A program made the position numbers and the translations under genes. The notes below the pieces were generated by a model. The model worked only from the letters and a program-made list of their open reading frames with translations, was not told the DNA's origin and ran no database searches. DNA of 64,000 nt from Clostridiales bacterium. GTDB taxonomy: Bacteria; Bacillota; Clostridia; Lachnospirales; Lachnospiraceae. Shown piece by piece: positions 1 through 10,417 of the stretch. Position 1 is the stretch's first letter. Each line of letters opens with the position of its first letter. Where the stretch lies: positions 5,317-69,316 of the forward strand of contig JAHYZV010000009.1 of NCBI GenBank assembly GCA_019424245.1, read 5' to 3'.

Positions 1-1693
1 CAATAAGAATATATCAACAATTATTCCTGAACTTTCAACGAATGTATTCAGAAATTTTGATGATTATAAAGAAGTAAGAGTTGCACTTAATGATAGAGAT
101 TATAAGATTGAGATGAAAAGAATAAGTGCAGATATACTTACTCAGGGGGTAAATATACTTTCAAGGGACTATAATTCATCACTTGTTGCCATGTATATGT
201 TTGATGAAACAGATGTCAATAAGTACATTCAGAAAATCAGGGATGAAAGATTTGTAGTGGGACTTGTTTATATTGACAACTATGAGGATGCACTTGAAAG
301 TGTTGATGATGTAAGAAGATCGCTTTTTGTCGGACTAGTAGATAAAAGAGTGAACAAGTATTTTTCTGCCGGAGCTGCTATTATAAGAAAGATGGAGAAG
401 GATAAATATCTGGTTGTGTTCAGATATAAGTTCCTTGAACGGATACTTTCTGATAAGTTTAGTCTTGTTGAAGATATAAAAAGTGTAAAGGTTGGCAATG
501 AAAAAACGCTTACACTCAGTATCGGTATAGGTACAGGTGCTAATGATTATGCAAGGAATTATGAGATAGCTAAGGCAGCAATGGATCTTGCACTTGGACG
601 AGGAGGAGACCAGGCAGTTATCAAGGATGGAGATAAGATATACTATTATGGCGGAAAGAGCCAGCAGATGGAGAAGAATACAAGAGTAAAGGTCCGCGTA
701 AAAGCACATGCCCTAAGGCAGATTCTTGAGGCCAATGATAATGTGCTCATTATGGGACACAGCCTTCCTGATATTGATTCATTTGGCTCAGCACTTGGTA
801 TATATATTATAGCAAAGAAGCTTGGAAAGGAAGCTCATATAGTGTTTGGTGAGGTTTCCACAAGTGTAAGGCCCTTTATGAACCGCTTCATCAATAAAGA
901 AGAGTATCCTGATGATATGTTTATAAGTAAGGATAATGCGGAGAGTTATATAAAGCCATCAACGGTTGTCATAGTTGTAGATGTAAACCGGGCACAGAGA
1001 GTGGAATGTCCTATACTTCTTGATAAGTGTAAAACAGTAATTGTATTTGATCATCACAGACGTTCAAGTGATACGATAACAGGTGCTGTGCTTTCATATG
1101 TAGATCCGTATGCTTCATCGGCATGTGAGATGGTTACAGAGATGATACAGTATGTAGATGATGGGATTAAGCTGCGTGCATTTGAAGCAGATGCTTTGTA
1201 TGCTGGAATATCTATAGATACAGATGGTTTTAACAGCAAGTCAGGACCACGTACATTTGAGGCAGCAGCGTTCTTAAGAAGACATGGAGCAGATGTAACA
1301 AGAGTAAGGAAAATGCTTCGTAACGATATGAATGAATATAAGGCCATAGCTTCTGCAGTAAGTAAGTCGGAGGTGTATAAGAACGCGTTTGCGATAACTG
1401 TATTTGATGGAACTGGTCTTGAAAGCCCTACGATAGGTGGTGCTAAGGCAGCTAACCAGTTACTTGATATATCAGGTATAAAGGCATCATTTGTTATAAC
1501 AGCATATGAGGATAAGTTATATATAAGTGCAAGGTCTATAGATGAAGTAAACGTGCAGCTTGTCATGGAAAAGCTTGGTGGAGGTGGTCATATGAGTATC
1601 GCCGGAGCCCAGCTTACAGACTGCACTATAGAACAGGCCGTTAATACAATAAAACTCACTCTTGATAAAATGCTTGAAGATGGAGAAATATAA
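1..1693 (+). CDS. gdpP: Cyclic-di-AMP phosphodiesterase GdpP (degenerate GGDEF + DHH/DHHA1), 5'-truncated by the window edge
   Basis: Frame is open from base 2 ([11 protein letters not shown]...) into the 113 [24 protein letters not shown] and GGGGH motifs; classic gdpP-rplI-dnaB order. Confidence 0.92.
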   Translation, partial: NKNISTIIPELSTNVFRNFDDYKEVRVALNDRDYKIEMKRISADILTQGVNILSRDYNSSLVAMYMFDETDVNKYIQKIRDERFVVGLVYIDNYEDALESVDDVRRSLFVGLVDKRVNKYFSAGAAIIRKMEKDKYLVVFRYKFLERILSDKFSLVEDIKSVKVGNEKTLTLSIGIGTGANDYARNYEIAKAAMDLALGRGGDQAVIKDGDKIYYYGGKSQQMEKNTRVKVRVKAHALRQILEANDNVLIMGHSLPDIDSFGSALGIYIIAKKLGKEAHIVFGEVSTSVRPFMNRFINKEEYPDDMFISKDNAESYIKPSTVVIVVDVNRAQRVECPILLDKCKTVIVFDHHRRSSDTITGAVLSYVDPYASSACEMVTEMIQYVDDGIKLRAFEADALYAGISIDTDGFNSKSGPRTFEAAAFLRRHGADVTRVRKMLRNDMNEYKAIASAVSKSEVYKNAFAITVFDGTGLESPTIGGAKAANQLLDISGIKASFVITAYEDKLYISARSIDEVNVQLVMEKLGGGGHMSIAGAQLTDCTIEQAVNTIKLTLDKMLEDGEI

Positions 1694-1737
1694 GAAAAAA
1701 GCGAAAATGCGTAACAATAGTTATAGGAGGCACAATC

Positions 1738-2184
1738 ATGGAAGTTATATTATTAGAAGATGTAAGAACTCTTGGAAAGAAGGGTCAGATTGTAAAAATA
1801 AATGATGGGTATGCAAGAAACTATGTTTTACCTAAGAAGTTAGGTATAGAAGCAACACCTAAGAATCTTAATGATCTTAAGTTACAGAAGAAAAGAGAAG
1901 AAAAAGAAGCAGCAGAGGAGCTTGCAAGAGCTAAGGAGCTTGCAGCAAGCATTGAAGACAAGTCAGTTACACTTTCTATGAAGACAGGAGAATGTGGAAA
2001 AACATTTGGAACTATCTCAACTAAGGAAATAGCTGTTGCTGCAAAAGAACAGCTTGGACTTGAGGTTGATAAGAAGAAAATGAAGCTTGATGAACCTATT
2101 AAGACACTTGGAACACATATAGTAGCTCTTAAGCTTCACAAGGATGTTACAGCCAGACTTACAGTTAAAGTTGTAGAAAAGTAA
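1738..2184 (+). CDS. rplI: 50S ribosomal protein L9
   Basis: [27 protein letters not shown] signature; AGGAGG RBS. Confidence 0.98.
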   Translation: MEVILLEDVRTLGKKGQIVKINDGYARNYVLPKKLGIEATPKNLNDLKLQKKREEKEAAEELARAKELAASIEDKSVTLSMKTGECGKTFGTISTKEIAVAAKEQLGLEVDKKKMKLDEPIKTLGTHIVALKLHKDVTARLTVKVVEK

Positions 2185-2200
2185 TTATAAGTGAGGAACT

Positions 2201-3541
2201 ATGGAAGATATAAGCGTTACCAGAATTATGCCAAACAGTCTTGAGGCAGAGCAGTCCGTTATAGGTTCAATGATAATGGACAGGCAGGCTATTATAACAG
2301 CGGGAGAAATGCTTGTTTGTGATGATTTCTATAACAAGCAGTATGGCATAATGTTTCAGTCTATGGTTGAAATGTGCAACGAAGGAAAGACAGTCGATAT
2401 TGTAACATTACAGGAAAAGTTAAAAGAAAAAGACGTTCCACCAGAGGTATATAGTATAGAGTTCATAAGAGAACTGTTATCAGCCGTTCCAACGTCTGCT
2501 AATATACGTCAGTATGCTTCTATTGTTAAGGATAAGTCTATACTTCGTAACATTATAAGAGTTAATGAAAAGATAGCAAATGACTGTTATGCTGGAAAGG
2601 AAAGCACTAAAGATATCCTGGAGGAAACTGAGAAAAGAATATTTGAACTTGTCAGAAATAAAGGTGAAAGTGATTATAATCCTATAGATAAGATAGTTCT
2701 TGAAGCACTTGATAAGATATCAACCGCAGCCAAGAATAGAGGAGCAGTAACGGGTGTGCCAACTGGTTTTAAGGATCTTGACAGCTATCTTTCAGGACTT
2801 CAGCCATCAGATTTTGTGCTTGTTGCAGCCAGACCATCTATGGGTAAGACAGCCTTCGTACTTAATGTTGCTGAAAATGTTGCTATAAAACAAGGCATAA
2901 CAACAGCCGTATTCAGTCTGGAAATGTCAGATGTACAGCTTGTTAACCGTATGCTTTCACTTGAGTCATCAGTTGATGCAGATAAGCTAAGAAAGGGCCG
3001 GCTTGATTCCAATGACTGGGGCAAGCTTATAGAAGGTGCCGATAGTATAGCCAAATCAAAGCTTATTATAGATGCTACACCAGGTATATCTATAGCAGAT
3101 TTAAGGTCTAAGTGCCGTAAGTATAAGATGGAGAATAACCTTGGCCTTATAATCATCGATTACCTCCAGCTTATGAGTGGTAGTGGAAGGACTGAGTCAA
3201 GACAGCAGGAAATATCAGATATATCACGTTCATTAAAGGCACTTGCCAGAGAACTTGATGTCCCGGTTGTCACATTGTCGCAGCTTTCAAGAGCGGTTGA
3301 GCAAAGACCAGACCACAGACCTATGCTTTCGGATCTTCGAGAGTCAGGTGCTATTGAGCAGGATGCTGACGTTGTTATGTTCCTTTACAGGGATGATTAT
3401 TACAATAAAGATACAGAGTTAAAAGGTATTGCTGAGATAATCATAGCAAAGCAGAGAAATGGTCCTATAGGAACAGTAAAGATGGCATGGATACCAGAGC
3501 AGACAAGGTTTGCAGATCTTGCAAAGAATCCTGGTATGTAG
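2201..3541 (+). CDS. dnaB: Replicative DNA helicase
   Basis: AARPSMGKT Walker A, IIIDYLQLM, SQLSR, DLRESGAIEQDAD, KQRNGP. Confidence 0.98.
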   Translation: MEDISVTRIMPNSLEAEQSVIGSMIMDRQAIITAGEMLVCDDFYNKQYGIMFQSMVEMCNEGKTVDIVTLQEKLKEKDVPPEVYSIEFIRELLSAVPTSANIRQYASIVKDKSILRNIIRVNEKIANDCYAGKESTKDILEETEKRIFELVRNKGESDYNPIDKIVLEALDKISTAAKNRGAVTGVPTGFKDLDSYLSGLQPSDFVLVAARPSMGKTAFVLNVAENVAIKQGITTAVFSLEMSDVQLVNRMLSLESSVDADKLRKGRLDSNDWGKLIEGADSIAKSKLIIDATPGISIADLRSKCRKYKMENNLGLIIIDYLQLMSGSGRTESRQQEISDISRSLKALARELDVPVVTLSQLSRAVEQRPDHRPMLSDLRESGAIEQDADVVMFLYRDDYYNKDTELKGIAEIIIAKQRNGPIGTVKMAWIPEQTRFADLAKNPGM

Positions 3542-3619
3542 ATATGAATAGCTATGTGAAATAGCGTTCAGAATAAGTCATTTAAAAACAGATATGTAAA
3601 TGCTATATAACAGCTATAT

Positions 3620-3656
3620 AAAAAACCCCTGGAATCATCAGATTCCGGGGGTTTTA
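3620..3656. terminator. Bidirectional intrinsic terminator between dnaB and the ferredoxin
   Basis: AAAACCCCTGGAATC-ATCA-GATTCCGGGGGTTTT hairpin flanked by A and T runs, between convergent genes. Confidence 0.85.
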
Positions 3657-3675
3657 ATAGTAATGTATCTTCAAA

Positions 3676-3846
3676 CTACTGTGGGTTTGGAGCACCTACA
3701 GGACATGTACCAGCACAAGCGCCACAATCGATACATGCATCTGCGTTGATTTCGTAATGAGCAGCACCTTCGCTGATAGCCTCTACTGGACATCCAGCAG
3801 CACAAGCACCACAACTGATACAATCATCATTAATTACATATGCCAT
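3676..3846 (-). CDS. Clostridial-type 2x[4Fe-4S] ferredoxin (56 aa), absent from the ORF track
   Basis: Manual translation MAYVINDDCISCGACAAGCPVEAISEGAAHYEINADACIDCGACAGTCPVGAPNPQ*; two CxxCxxCxxxCP motifs; GGAGG RBS upstream. Confidence 0.96.
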   Translation of the reverse strand: MAYVINDDCISCGACAAGCPVEAISEGAAHYEINADACIDCGACAGTCPVGAPNPQ

Positions 3847-4017
3847 AATAATATTCCTCCTTGGATTTATAGTATCAACATTATACGATAATGCTATGAA
3901 AAAAACAAGAAGATTGATGTATTCTTAATAGAATTTATGGAAATATTAATCTTAGATTAAGATTATAAGAATAAATGCATAAGAATTATGAAAATTATGC
4001 AAATTAGAACATTAAGA

Positions 4018-4046
4018 TTGACGTATGTCTGCTAACGTAATATTAT
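4018..4046 (+). promoter_or_regulatory. Putative sigma-A promoter of the DUF1858 gene
   Basis: TTGACG-17 nt-TATTAT. Confidence 0.55.
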
Positions 4047-4181
4047 ATATAAGATATACGTTCCGGGTATTATACGCCGTTATTATAGTTTATGTTAACC
4101 GGCTGGATAGTGGCAGGTTTTACAGTAATCTATGCATGTGCAGCTTAATATGCGGATAAAGAATATATGGAGGATACTAAT

Positions 4182-4388
4182 ATGGCAAGAGTTAATAAGG
4201 ACACTACTATTGGTGAAGTTATACAGATTGATGCAGGTGTAATTCCTATTCTTATGGGAGCTGGTATGCATTGTGTTGGATGCCCATCATCAGCAGGTGA
4301 AACATTAGAGGAAGCTGCCATGGTTCATGGAATTGATGGTGATATGCTTGTAGAAGAAATCCAGAGCTATCTTGATTCATTAAGCTAA
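4182..4388 (+). CDS. DUF1858 family small redox/disulfide domain protein
   Basis: GMHCVGCP...ETLEEAAMVHGID motif; GGAGG RBS precedes ATG 4182. Confidence 0.85.
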   Translation: MARVNKDTTIGEVIQIDAGVIPILMGAGMHCVGCPSSAGETLEEAAMVHGIDGDMLVEEIQSYLDSLS

Positions 4389-4432
4389 TAAAGACATCAG
4401 ACATTATAAAAATAATATGTCATAAACATGAC

Positions 4433-4483
4433 AATAAAAAAGGTCAGAAGCTTTTATAAGTTATAAGCTTCTGACCTTTTATT
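4433..4483. terminator. Bidirectional intrinsic terminator (DUF1858 / mecA)
   Basis: AAAAGGTCAGAAGCTT...AAGCTTCTGACCTTTT inverted repeat between convergent genes. Confidence 0.85.
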
Positions 4484-4501
4484 ATATGCATTCGACATGA
4501 A

Positions 4502-5374
4502 TCATAATGCTGCGGCAACTCTTATGGCATGCCTGCCGATAATAAGTTCACCATGTTCATTAAAGTAAGCGGCAGAATCCTCAGTGAAGGATTCTTTAGC
4601 AGCATATTCGGAAAGTATGTTACATACTTTGTTAAAGTTCACTGATGAGCAGCCCTCTTTCTTAAGAATAAGATAATATCTATCTGAACCTGGCTTTTTA
4701 TATAATGAATTAGAATCGTTATATATAGGAGCAATAGCTCTTGAGGCATCAGAAAAATCATCCATGGATTCAAAAGAATATATCCTGGTTTTTATCACAG
4801 GCTTAGCTTCCTCAGCTTCCTTTTTATCAGCTGGCTCATCTGTGTTTTTAGAAGGCAATGAAGTGTTATCTGGTGTCTTATTCGTGTTGTTTAAGTACTC
4901 ACGTACCTTACTGAACAGATTCATAAGATCATCACCGATAACGCCTCCTTCTGATTTAGTCTGTTTGGTGTCTATGTCAAGCTCATCCCCTGCTGTTGGT
5001 GGAACTGATGAATCAGTATATGAAGAGCTGTCATCGATAGTTTCCATATCTGAATACTCATCATCATAGTCATATTCTCCATCATCAGAAGGAGAGAATT
5101 TGGAAAATCTTGTATCAAGTTCTTCCGGATTCTCAACTTTTGTAACTATAAGCACAATACAGTCAGCCGAGATAGGAATCGCTTCAATCATCAGGGGAAT
5201 ATCTTCAGCCTCAAAACCTACTTCATATGATGCCTGCTGCATCATGTCCCTGAAAAGTTCTTTTGCTTTATCGCTGCCATACGCAAGTTCGCTTATCTTT
5301 AATTGTCTTGAAGCAAGGTCGTCCTTGTTGAGAGTGCAACGTATCTGGTTTTCATTAACTCTTTCTATCTTCAT
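4502..5374 (-). CDS. mecA: ClpC adaptor protein MecA
   Basis: MKIERVNENQIRCTLNKDDLASR N-terminus, acidic linker, C-terminal ILSEY motif; AAAGGAG RBS before ATG 5374. Confidence 0.88.
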   Translation of the reverse strand: MKIERVNENQIRCTLNKDDLASRQLKISELAYGSDKAKELFRDMMQQASYEVGFEAEDIPLMIEAIPISADCIVLIVTKVENPEELDTRFSKFSPSDDGEYDYDDEYSDMETIDDSSSYTDSSVPPTAGDELDIDTKQTKSEGGVIGDDLMNLFSKVREYLNNTNKTPDNTSLPSKNTDEPADKKEAEEAKPVIKTRIYSFESMDDFSDASRAIAPIYNDSNSLYKKPGSDRYYLILKKEGCSSVNFNKVCNILSEYAAKESFTEDSAAYFNEHGELIIGRHAIRVAAAL

Positions 5375-5600
5375 AACAATCTCCTTTCCTGCGAAATGCA
5401 TAGTAAATTCATATCTATGCAAATATAATACTCATTTTTCATAGATATGTAAAGAAGTCATACACATACTTAAAATAAAAAATGTGTAAATTTTATCAAT
5501 TTTTGACAAAAATTATAAAATTTGATATTGATAATATATTTAATATATGTTATAAAATAAACAGAGTGATTAGAACTGAATCAACTGGAGGTGAGAAAAA

Positions 5601-7085
5601 GAGTTTAACGAAAGATACGAGTTTATTAAAGAACTGGGAAAAACCAGTTATTCTAGTGTTTATCTGGTCAGGCACACAGTATTAGATGTGTTGCGGGTGG
5701 CCAAGGTTATCAACAAGGCTTCATATGATAAAGGCCATATCATAAGAGAAGCCAGTCTTATTAAGAATCTTAAACATCCCCACATACCTGTTATTTATGA
5801 CATATATGAAGATGATATAAGTATTTGCATTATTGAAGAATATATATCTGGTAAATCTTTGCGTGATTTCGTGTGTGAATCAGAAAAGCTGGGTATAAAT
5901 CAGATATGTGATATAGGAATAAAGTTATGTAACATATTGGAGTATCTGCATAACTATTGCGGCGGAATAATCCATCTTGATATTAAGCCGGATAATATTA
6001 TTATAGATGATAACAATAATGTTAAGCTTATAGATTTCGGTAATTCATTATATAGTTATGAAACGAATGATCAAAGTATGTTAAGTCCGGGCTTTGCAGC
6101 ACCAGAACAGTATCAGGGTGCACAGCCAACAAAACGTACTGATATATACAGTGTAGGAATGGTTCTTAAGTTTATGACAGATGCCAGCGGTTTTAGCAGG
6201 ATAAGTCATAAAAGAATATACCAGGTAATAATGAAATGTACACGCCACAAGCCGGAGTTAAGATACAGAAATGTACAGGCTGTGAGTTGTGCATTACAGC
6301 ATATAAGCTGCCAGTCGGAACGACTGGGTAAAACAAAAGAAGGTAATAATCACTCATATGTTATAAGAATATCCGGAACAAAAAGAGGAATAGGAGTTAC
6401 TCACATTGCGTTAAGCATAGCATATGCAATTGGAAAATGTGGAATCAGCTGTGTTGTAACCGAAAAATCAGGAAGAAGTGATATACAGGCTATAATGCTT
6501 AATGGAAGGCTTGATGAAAACGGATTATTTACATATAATGGTGTACATTTTGCAGCAGATGGTATCAGCTATAAGCAGCAGGATGAGAAAAGCAGTCCGC
6601 GTTATAAAGTGATAATAGTAGATGAAGGAATACATGGCACCGATAAAGTTAACTATGAAGATATTATGTGCAGGTTATTTAATAATTATAAGGTTATTAA
6701 TATTATAGTTGCAGGTGGAAAGTATGGCGTTGCTAATGAGTGCAGCATCATTAACAGCTGTACATATGACACCAGGCTTATGTTAAATCTTATGGATAAA
6801 ACTCAATACTATGAATATGCAAACTATATCGCTGATAGCAGGATGTGTTATAGGATTCCATGTATGTATAACTGGCATGTATGTAATGAAGAATTTATTC
6901 CGGTGATAAAAGATTTCATTCAGGATAATATGCCTGAAATATGGGAAAATATAATAACAGACTTAAAAAAGGAGAAGTTAGGCTTATTATATGAAAAGGC
7001 GTATATTATCAGATATAAAATCTTTAAGGTGCTCTGGCAATGTTTCGGGGGAAAAAGTATTACATGTAAAAAAAGAAAGCCGTAG
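5601..7085 (+). CDS. Hanks-type Ser/Thr protein kinase with C-terminal ParA/MinD-like P-loop remnant; start codon uncertain (track start GTG 5688)
   Basis: VAK, HLDIKPDN, DFG, APE and DIYSVG motifs; the in-frame upstream segment FNERYEFIKELGKTSYSSVYLVRH encodes subdomain I; C-terminal IRISGTKRGIGVTH. Confidence 0.85.
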   Translation, partial: EFNERYEFIKELGKTSYSSVYLVRHTVLDVLRVAKVINKASYDKGHIIREASLIKNLKHPHIPVIYDIYEDDISICIIEEYISGKSLRDFVCESEKLGINQICDIGIKLCNILEYLHNYCGGIIHLDIKPDNIIIDDNNNVKLIDFGNSLYSYETNDQSMLSPGFAAPEQYQGAQPTKRTDIYSVGMVLKFMTDASGFSRISHKRIYQVIMKCTRHKPELRYRNVQAVSCALQHISCQSERLGKTKEGNNHSYVIRISGTKRGIGVTHIALSIAYAIGKCGISCVVTEKSGRSDIQAIMLNGRLDENGLFTYNGVHFAADGISYKQQDEKSSPRYKVIIVDEGIHGTDKVNYEDIMCRLFNNYKVINIIVAGGKYGVANECSIINSCTYDTRLMLNLMDKTQYYEYANYIADSRMCYRIPCMYNWHVCNEEFIPVIKDFIQDNMPEIWENIITDLKKEKLGLLYEKAYIIRYKIFKVLWQCFGGKSITCKKRKP

Positions 7086-7737
7086 AATATATAAGGAATA
7101 CAGAACATCAGCGAAATTAACCTCAATAAAGCTTATAGGTGTGGCTGGTTTATGCAGTGGTGCAGGCACAACTCAGATGTGTATAATGCTGGCTGTTTTT
7201 ATGGGAAAGGTATTAAAAAAGAAAACTGCTGTAGCAGGAGATGAGGTTACGTACAGTCTTATGCTAAGACAGATGCAAAAGGCAGCAGCGATACAGCATA
7301 AGGGCATAGCAAGCCGGCATGCATACAGTATGGATGGCATTGATTATTACTGTGGAATACGTGATGAAGACATAGGAATATTAAGGCAGAAATATGATGT
7401 TATCATACTGGATATAAGCTTTGAGAATACATTTGATAATACAAATGTTACATTTGCAAGGATGGTATCGAGGTTATCAGCGTGTGATGAAAAGATACTT
7501 GCAGGGTCGATGCTACCATGGAAATCAAGAGAATGTGAAAAAAAGATGGAAAGAATAGAAAGATTTCTTGATATAAGAGGATTAAAAATGGTTACATTGG
7601 CTGCATGTGATAAGGAAGCGGTGAGTATAATTAAAAAACATGGGGTTGAAGTTGTTCTTATCCCATTTGAAAGAAATCCATTTGTCATAAGTGGTGAAAA
7701 TCTTAGAAGTTTTCTTGAACTTCTAAAGATTACGTAA
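6991..7737 (+). CDS. Hypothetical protein with a degenerate ParA/MinD/CpaE-like P-loop
   Basis: IGVAGLCSGAGTTQ and YDVIILD resemble deviant Walker A/B of the ParA/MinD family; overlaps the kinase 3' end. Confidence 0.6.
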   Translation: MKRRILSDIKSLRCSGNVSGEKVLHVKKESRRIYKEYRTSAKLTSIKLIGVAGLCSGAGTTQMCIMLAVFMGKVLKKKTAVAGDEVTYSLMLRQMQKAAAIQHKGIASRHAYSMDGIDYYCGIRDEDIGILRQKYDVIILDISFENTFDNTNVTFARMVSRLSACDEKILAGSMLPWKSRECEKKMERIERFLDIRGLKMVTLAACDKEAVSIIKKHGVEVVLIPFERNPFVISGENLRSFLELLKIT

Positions 7738-7816
7738 CAGTTAAAAACTTATTTAGTACGTTTAAAATTATAATATCACGGATATATAAAAGCGGTTCCT
7801 TCGCTTACAGGTTATT

Positions 7817-7848
7817 GCAGGGGAACAGGTTATGACTAGTTCCCCTGT
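7817..7848. terminator. GC-rich hairpin after the kinase operon
   Basis: GCAGGGGAAC...GTTCCCCTGT; no clear U-tail. Confidence 0.45.
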
Positions 7849-7930
7849 GATATCCATATTATAAGTACTTCGCATTTGGAAAAATGTATGCTAATATAAG
7901 ATAAAACACTGGATATGATTGGAGATTGTT

Positions 7931-9622
7931 ATGGAAAGTAAGGATAAAACAAAAATAAAGCTTGGATTAATAGGTGTGGCTGCAGCTGTAATTCTAGCGG
8001 GAATTGTGGTAGGAGCAGTGTTTGTCAGAAAATATTCATCATCTAAAAAGTACATGGATGGGTATGAATATTTTAATGTTGATAATACATCGGATAGTGC
8101 TCTTATTATAATCAATGGTTCTAAATACGAAGATAAGGGTATGAAACTTGATGGAAAATGGTATCTTCCAGTTGATTTCGTATCAGAAAATATCAACGTG
8201 AGGTTTTATAATGATGCAGAAAGTGGAGCAGTTCTTTATACAGATGATAAAAGGACGTATGAGTATGCACCAGGGAAGGATTATTACACTGATAATGAAA
8301 ACAACAGCTACAAAACAGAATATCCAATAGCAGTAATGGTAAATGATGATAAGTATGTAGCCTGGGAATATGTAGCACAGTATACTAACTGTACATATTC
8401 ATATGGAAGTGCACCTGAAAGGATATGCATACGCAGCATATCAGGTGAAGAGAAAGCTGTAGTGGCTGATAAGGATACATATGTAAGATATCGTGGCGGA
8501 ATAAAGAGTGATGTGCTTGAGAAAGCAGCAAAAGGAAGCATGCTTTACTATGTTGATGATCTTGATGACTGGATAAAGGTTACAACCAGTACAGGGTATA
8601 CAGGATATGTAAGAAGTAAAGATGTTTCGGATGTATATGAATATGTACCAGAAGATACTTATGTTGAGGATTATGCAAAGGTTTTATCTGATTCAAAGAT
8701 AAGACTTGGATGGTTCCAGACAGGTGGGATAAGTGGTAACAGCAAGGCAGCAGGCCTTGTCAGTGCATCAGCAGTTAATGTGATATCACCAACGTGGTAC
8801 AGCGTTACATCTGAGCAGGGAGACGTTTCAAGCTATGCACAAGGGGCATGGGTTAATGATATGCATGCAGATGGAATAAAGGTGTGGCCGCTTATCAATG
8901 ATTTTAATAAGGATATAGATTATAAAACTTTGTTCTCAGTAAGAAGCAATAGAAGAAAGCTTATAGATACACTTATGAGAGATGCCGTTTCTTACGGATA
9001 TGATGGGATTAATCTTGATTTTGAAAATATCAGAAATGAATATTCAAAGGATTTTCTTCAGTTTATAAGAGAGCTTTCACTTGAATGTCATAAGAATAAT
9101 ATAGTTCTTTCAACAGATAATTATAAACCGGAGGCATATAATAAATTTTACAATTTAAAGGAGCAGTCATCATATGTTGATTATGTTGTTGTTATGGCAT
9201 ATGACGAGCATTATGCAGGTTCTGAGGCAGGTTCTGTAGCTTCTCTGCCTTTTGTAAGGGAAGCTGTAAGTGATACTATAGATATGGTTCCATCAAAGCA
9301 GGTTATAGTAGGTATTCCTTTCTTCACAAGAATATGGAGCATATCAGGACAGACAACAACAAGCCGTGCAGTAGGTATGCAGGCTGCGATTGATGAGCTT
9401 AATGCTGATGGAAAAACTGCACCATGGAATGAAGATGCCGGACAGTATGTAAGTTCATATGATAAGAATGGTGTCACTAAAAAGACATGGTTTGAGGAAG
9501 ATAAGTCTATAGAAGAAAAACTTAAGGTCATATCAGAATATGATACAGCAGGTGTTGCAGCATGGAAGCTTGGATTAGAAAAGGCATCAGTATGGAATGT
9601 GATAAGCAGATATATTAATTAG
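7931..9622 (+). CDS. Membrane-anchored GH18 glycoside hydrolase with SH3-like domain (YdhD/SleL-like, probably spore cortex)
   Basis: N-terminal TM helix; DGINLDFE, VVMAYDEH and AAWKLG GH18 motifs; DDWIKV...GYTGYV SH3b-like segment. Confidence 0.85.
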   Translation: MESKDKTKIKLGLIGVAAAVILAGIVVGAVFVRKYSSSKKYMDGYEYFNVDNTSDSALIIINGSKYEDKGMKLDGKWYLPVDFVSENINVRFYNDAESGAVLYTDDKRTYEYAPGKDYYTDNENNSYKTEYPIAVMVNDDKYVAWEYVAQYTNCTYSYGSAPERICIRSISGEEKAVVADKDTYVRYRGGIKSDVLEKAAKGSMLYYVDDLDDWIKVTTSTGYTGYVRSKDVSDVYEYVPEDTYVEDYAKVLSDSKIRLGWFQTGGISGNSKAAGLVSASAVNVISPTWYSVTSEQGDVSSYAQGAWVNDMHADGIKVWPLINDFNKDIDYKTLFSVRSNRRKLIDTLMRDAVSYGYDGINLDFENIRNEYSKDFLQFIRELSLECHKNNIVLSTDNYKPEAYNKFYNLKEQSSYVDYVVVMAYDEHYAGSEAGSVASLPFVREAVSDTIDMVPSKQVIVGIPFFTRIWSISGQTTTSRAVGMQAAIDELNADGKTAPWNEDAGQYVSSYDKNGVTKKTWFEEDKSIEEKLKVISEYDTAGVAAWKLGLEKASVWNVISRYIN

Positions 9623-9650
9623 GAATAAATAATGCAGACTGACATACACT
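9623..9650 (+). promoter_or_regulatory. Putative sigma-E promoter of cwlD
   Basis: GAATAAA-13 nt-CATACACT, close to the B. subtilis sigma-E consensus. Confidence 0.55.
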
Positions 9651-9666
9651 TTAAGAAAAAAGGTAT

Positions 9667-10401
9667 GTGATTAATATGAAGTTCAGATTAAAAATATTGA
9701 AGGTATCTTTGTTTGTGCTTTTAGTTCTCACAGGTGTATATATATTCCATTATGCAGAAACTGGCAGAAACACCATAGGAGGTGTTGAAGCCGAAAACAC
9801 AGTTGAGGATGTTAATGTTGCAGAAAAAGTGGTAGCCATTGACAGTGGTCATGGCGGAATAGATCCAGGTAAAATAGGTGTCGGCGGTATATATGAAAAG
9901 GATGTTAATCTTGCAATATCAGTTAAATTAAAAAAATTACTTGAACAGTCTGGTATAACTGTTATAATGACAAGGTCAGATGATAATGGATTATATAATG
10001 AAAGCGACACAAACAAAAAAGCTTCTGATATGAAGAAAAGGTGCAGTATAATCAATGAAAGTAATGCTGATGCGGTTGTAAGTATTCATCAGAACAGTTA
10101 TGTGTCTGGGGAATCAAGAGGTGCACAGGTATTTTATTATAAGCAGTCAGCTGAAGGAAAAAAATTGGCAGGTATTATACAGAGACATATAGTAAATGAA
10201 GCTGATACTACTAACAAACGTGTAGAAAAGGCGGATTCGACATATTACCTGCTGCTTCATACGAATGTACCAGCTGTCATAGTTGAATGTGGTTTTTTAT
10301 CTAACCCGGAAGAGGCAGGAAGACTTAACAGCGATTCGTATCAGCAGAAAATTGCCGGGAGTATATACAATGGTCTTATGGAATATCTGACCAATCAATA
10401 A
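9667..10401 (+). CDS. cwlD: N-acetylmuramoyl-L-alanine amidase (CwlD-like)
   Basis: IDSGHGGIDPG, EKDVNL, SIHQN and VECGFLSN Amidase_3 motifs; N-terminal anchor. Confidence 0.85.
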   Translation: MINMKFRLKILKVSLFVLLVLTGVYIFHYAETGRNTIGGVEAENTVEDVNVAEKVVAIDSGHGGIDPGKIGVGGIYEKDVNLAISVKLKKLLEQSGITVIMTRSDDNGLYNESDTNKKASDMKKRCSIINESNADAVVSIHQNSYVSGESRGAQVFYYKQSAEGKKLAGIIQRHIVNEADTTNKRVEKADSTYYLLLHTNVPAVIVECGFLSNPEEAGRLNSDSYQQKIAGSIYNGLMEYLTNQ

Positions 10402-10417
10402 TATAAAAGAGGTGTAA

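Noticed and set aside
5482..5685. 67-aa ORF upstream of the kinase
   Set aside because: Runs through AT-rich promoter DNA and overlaps the kinase N-lobe in another frame; no RBS
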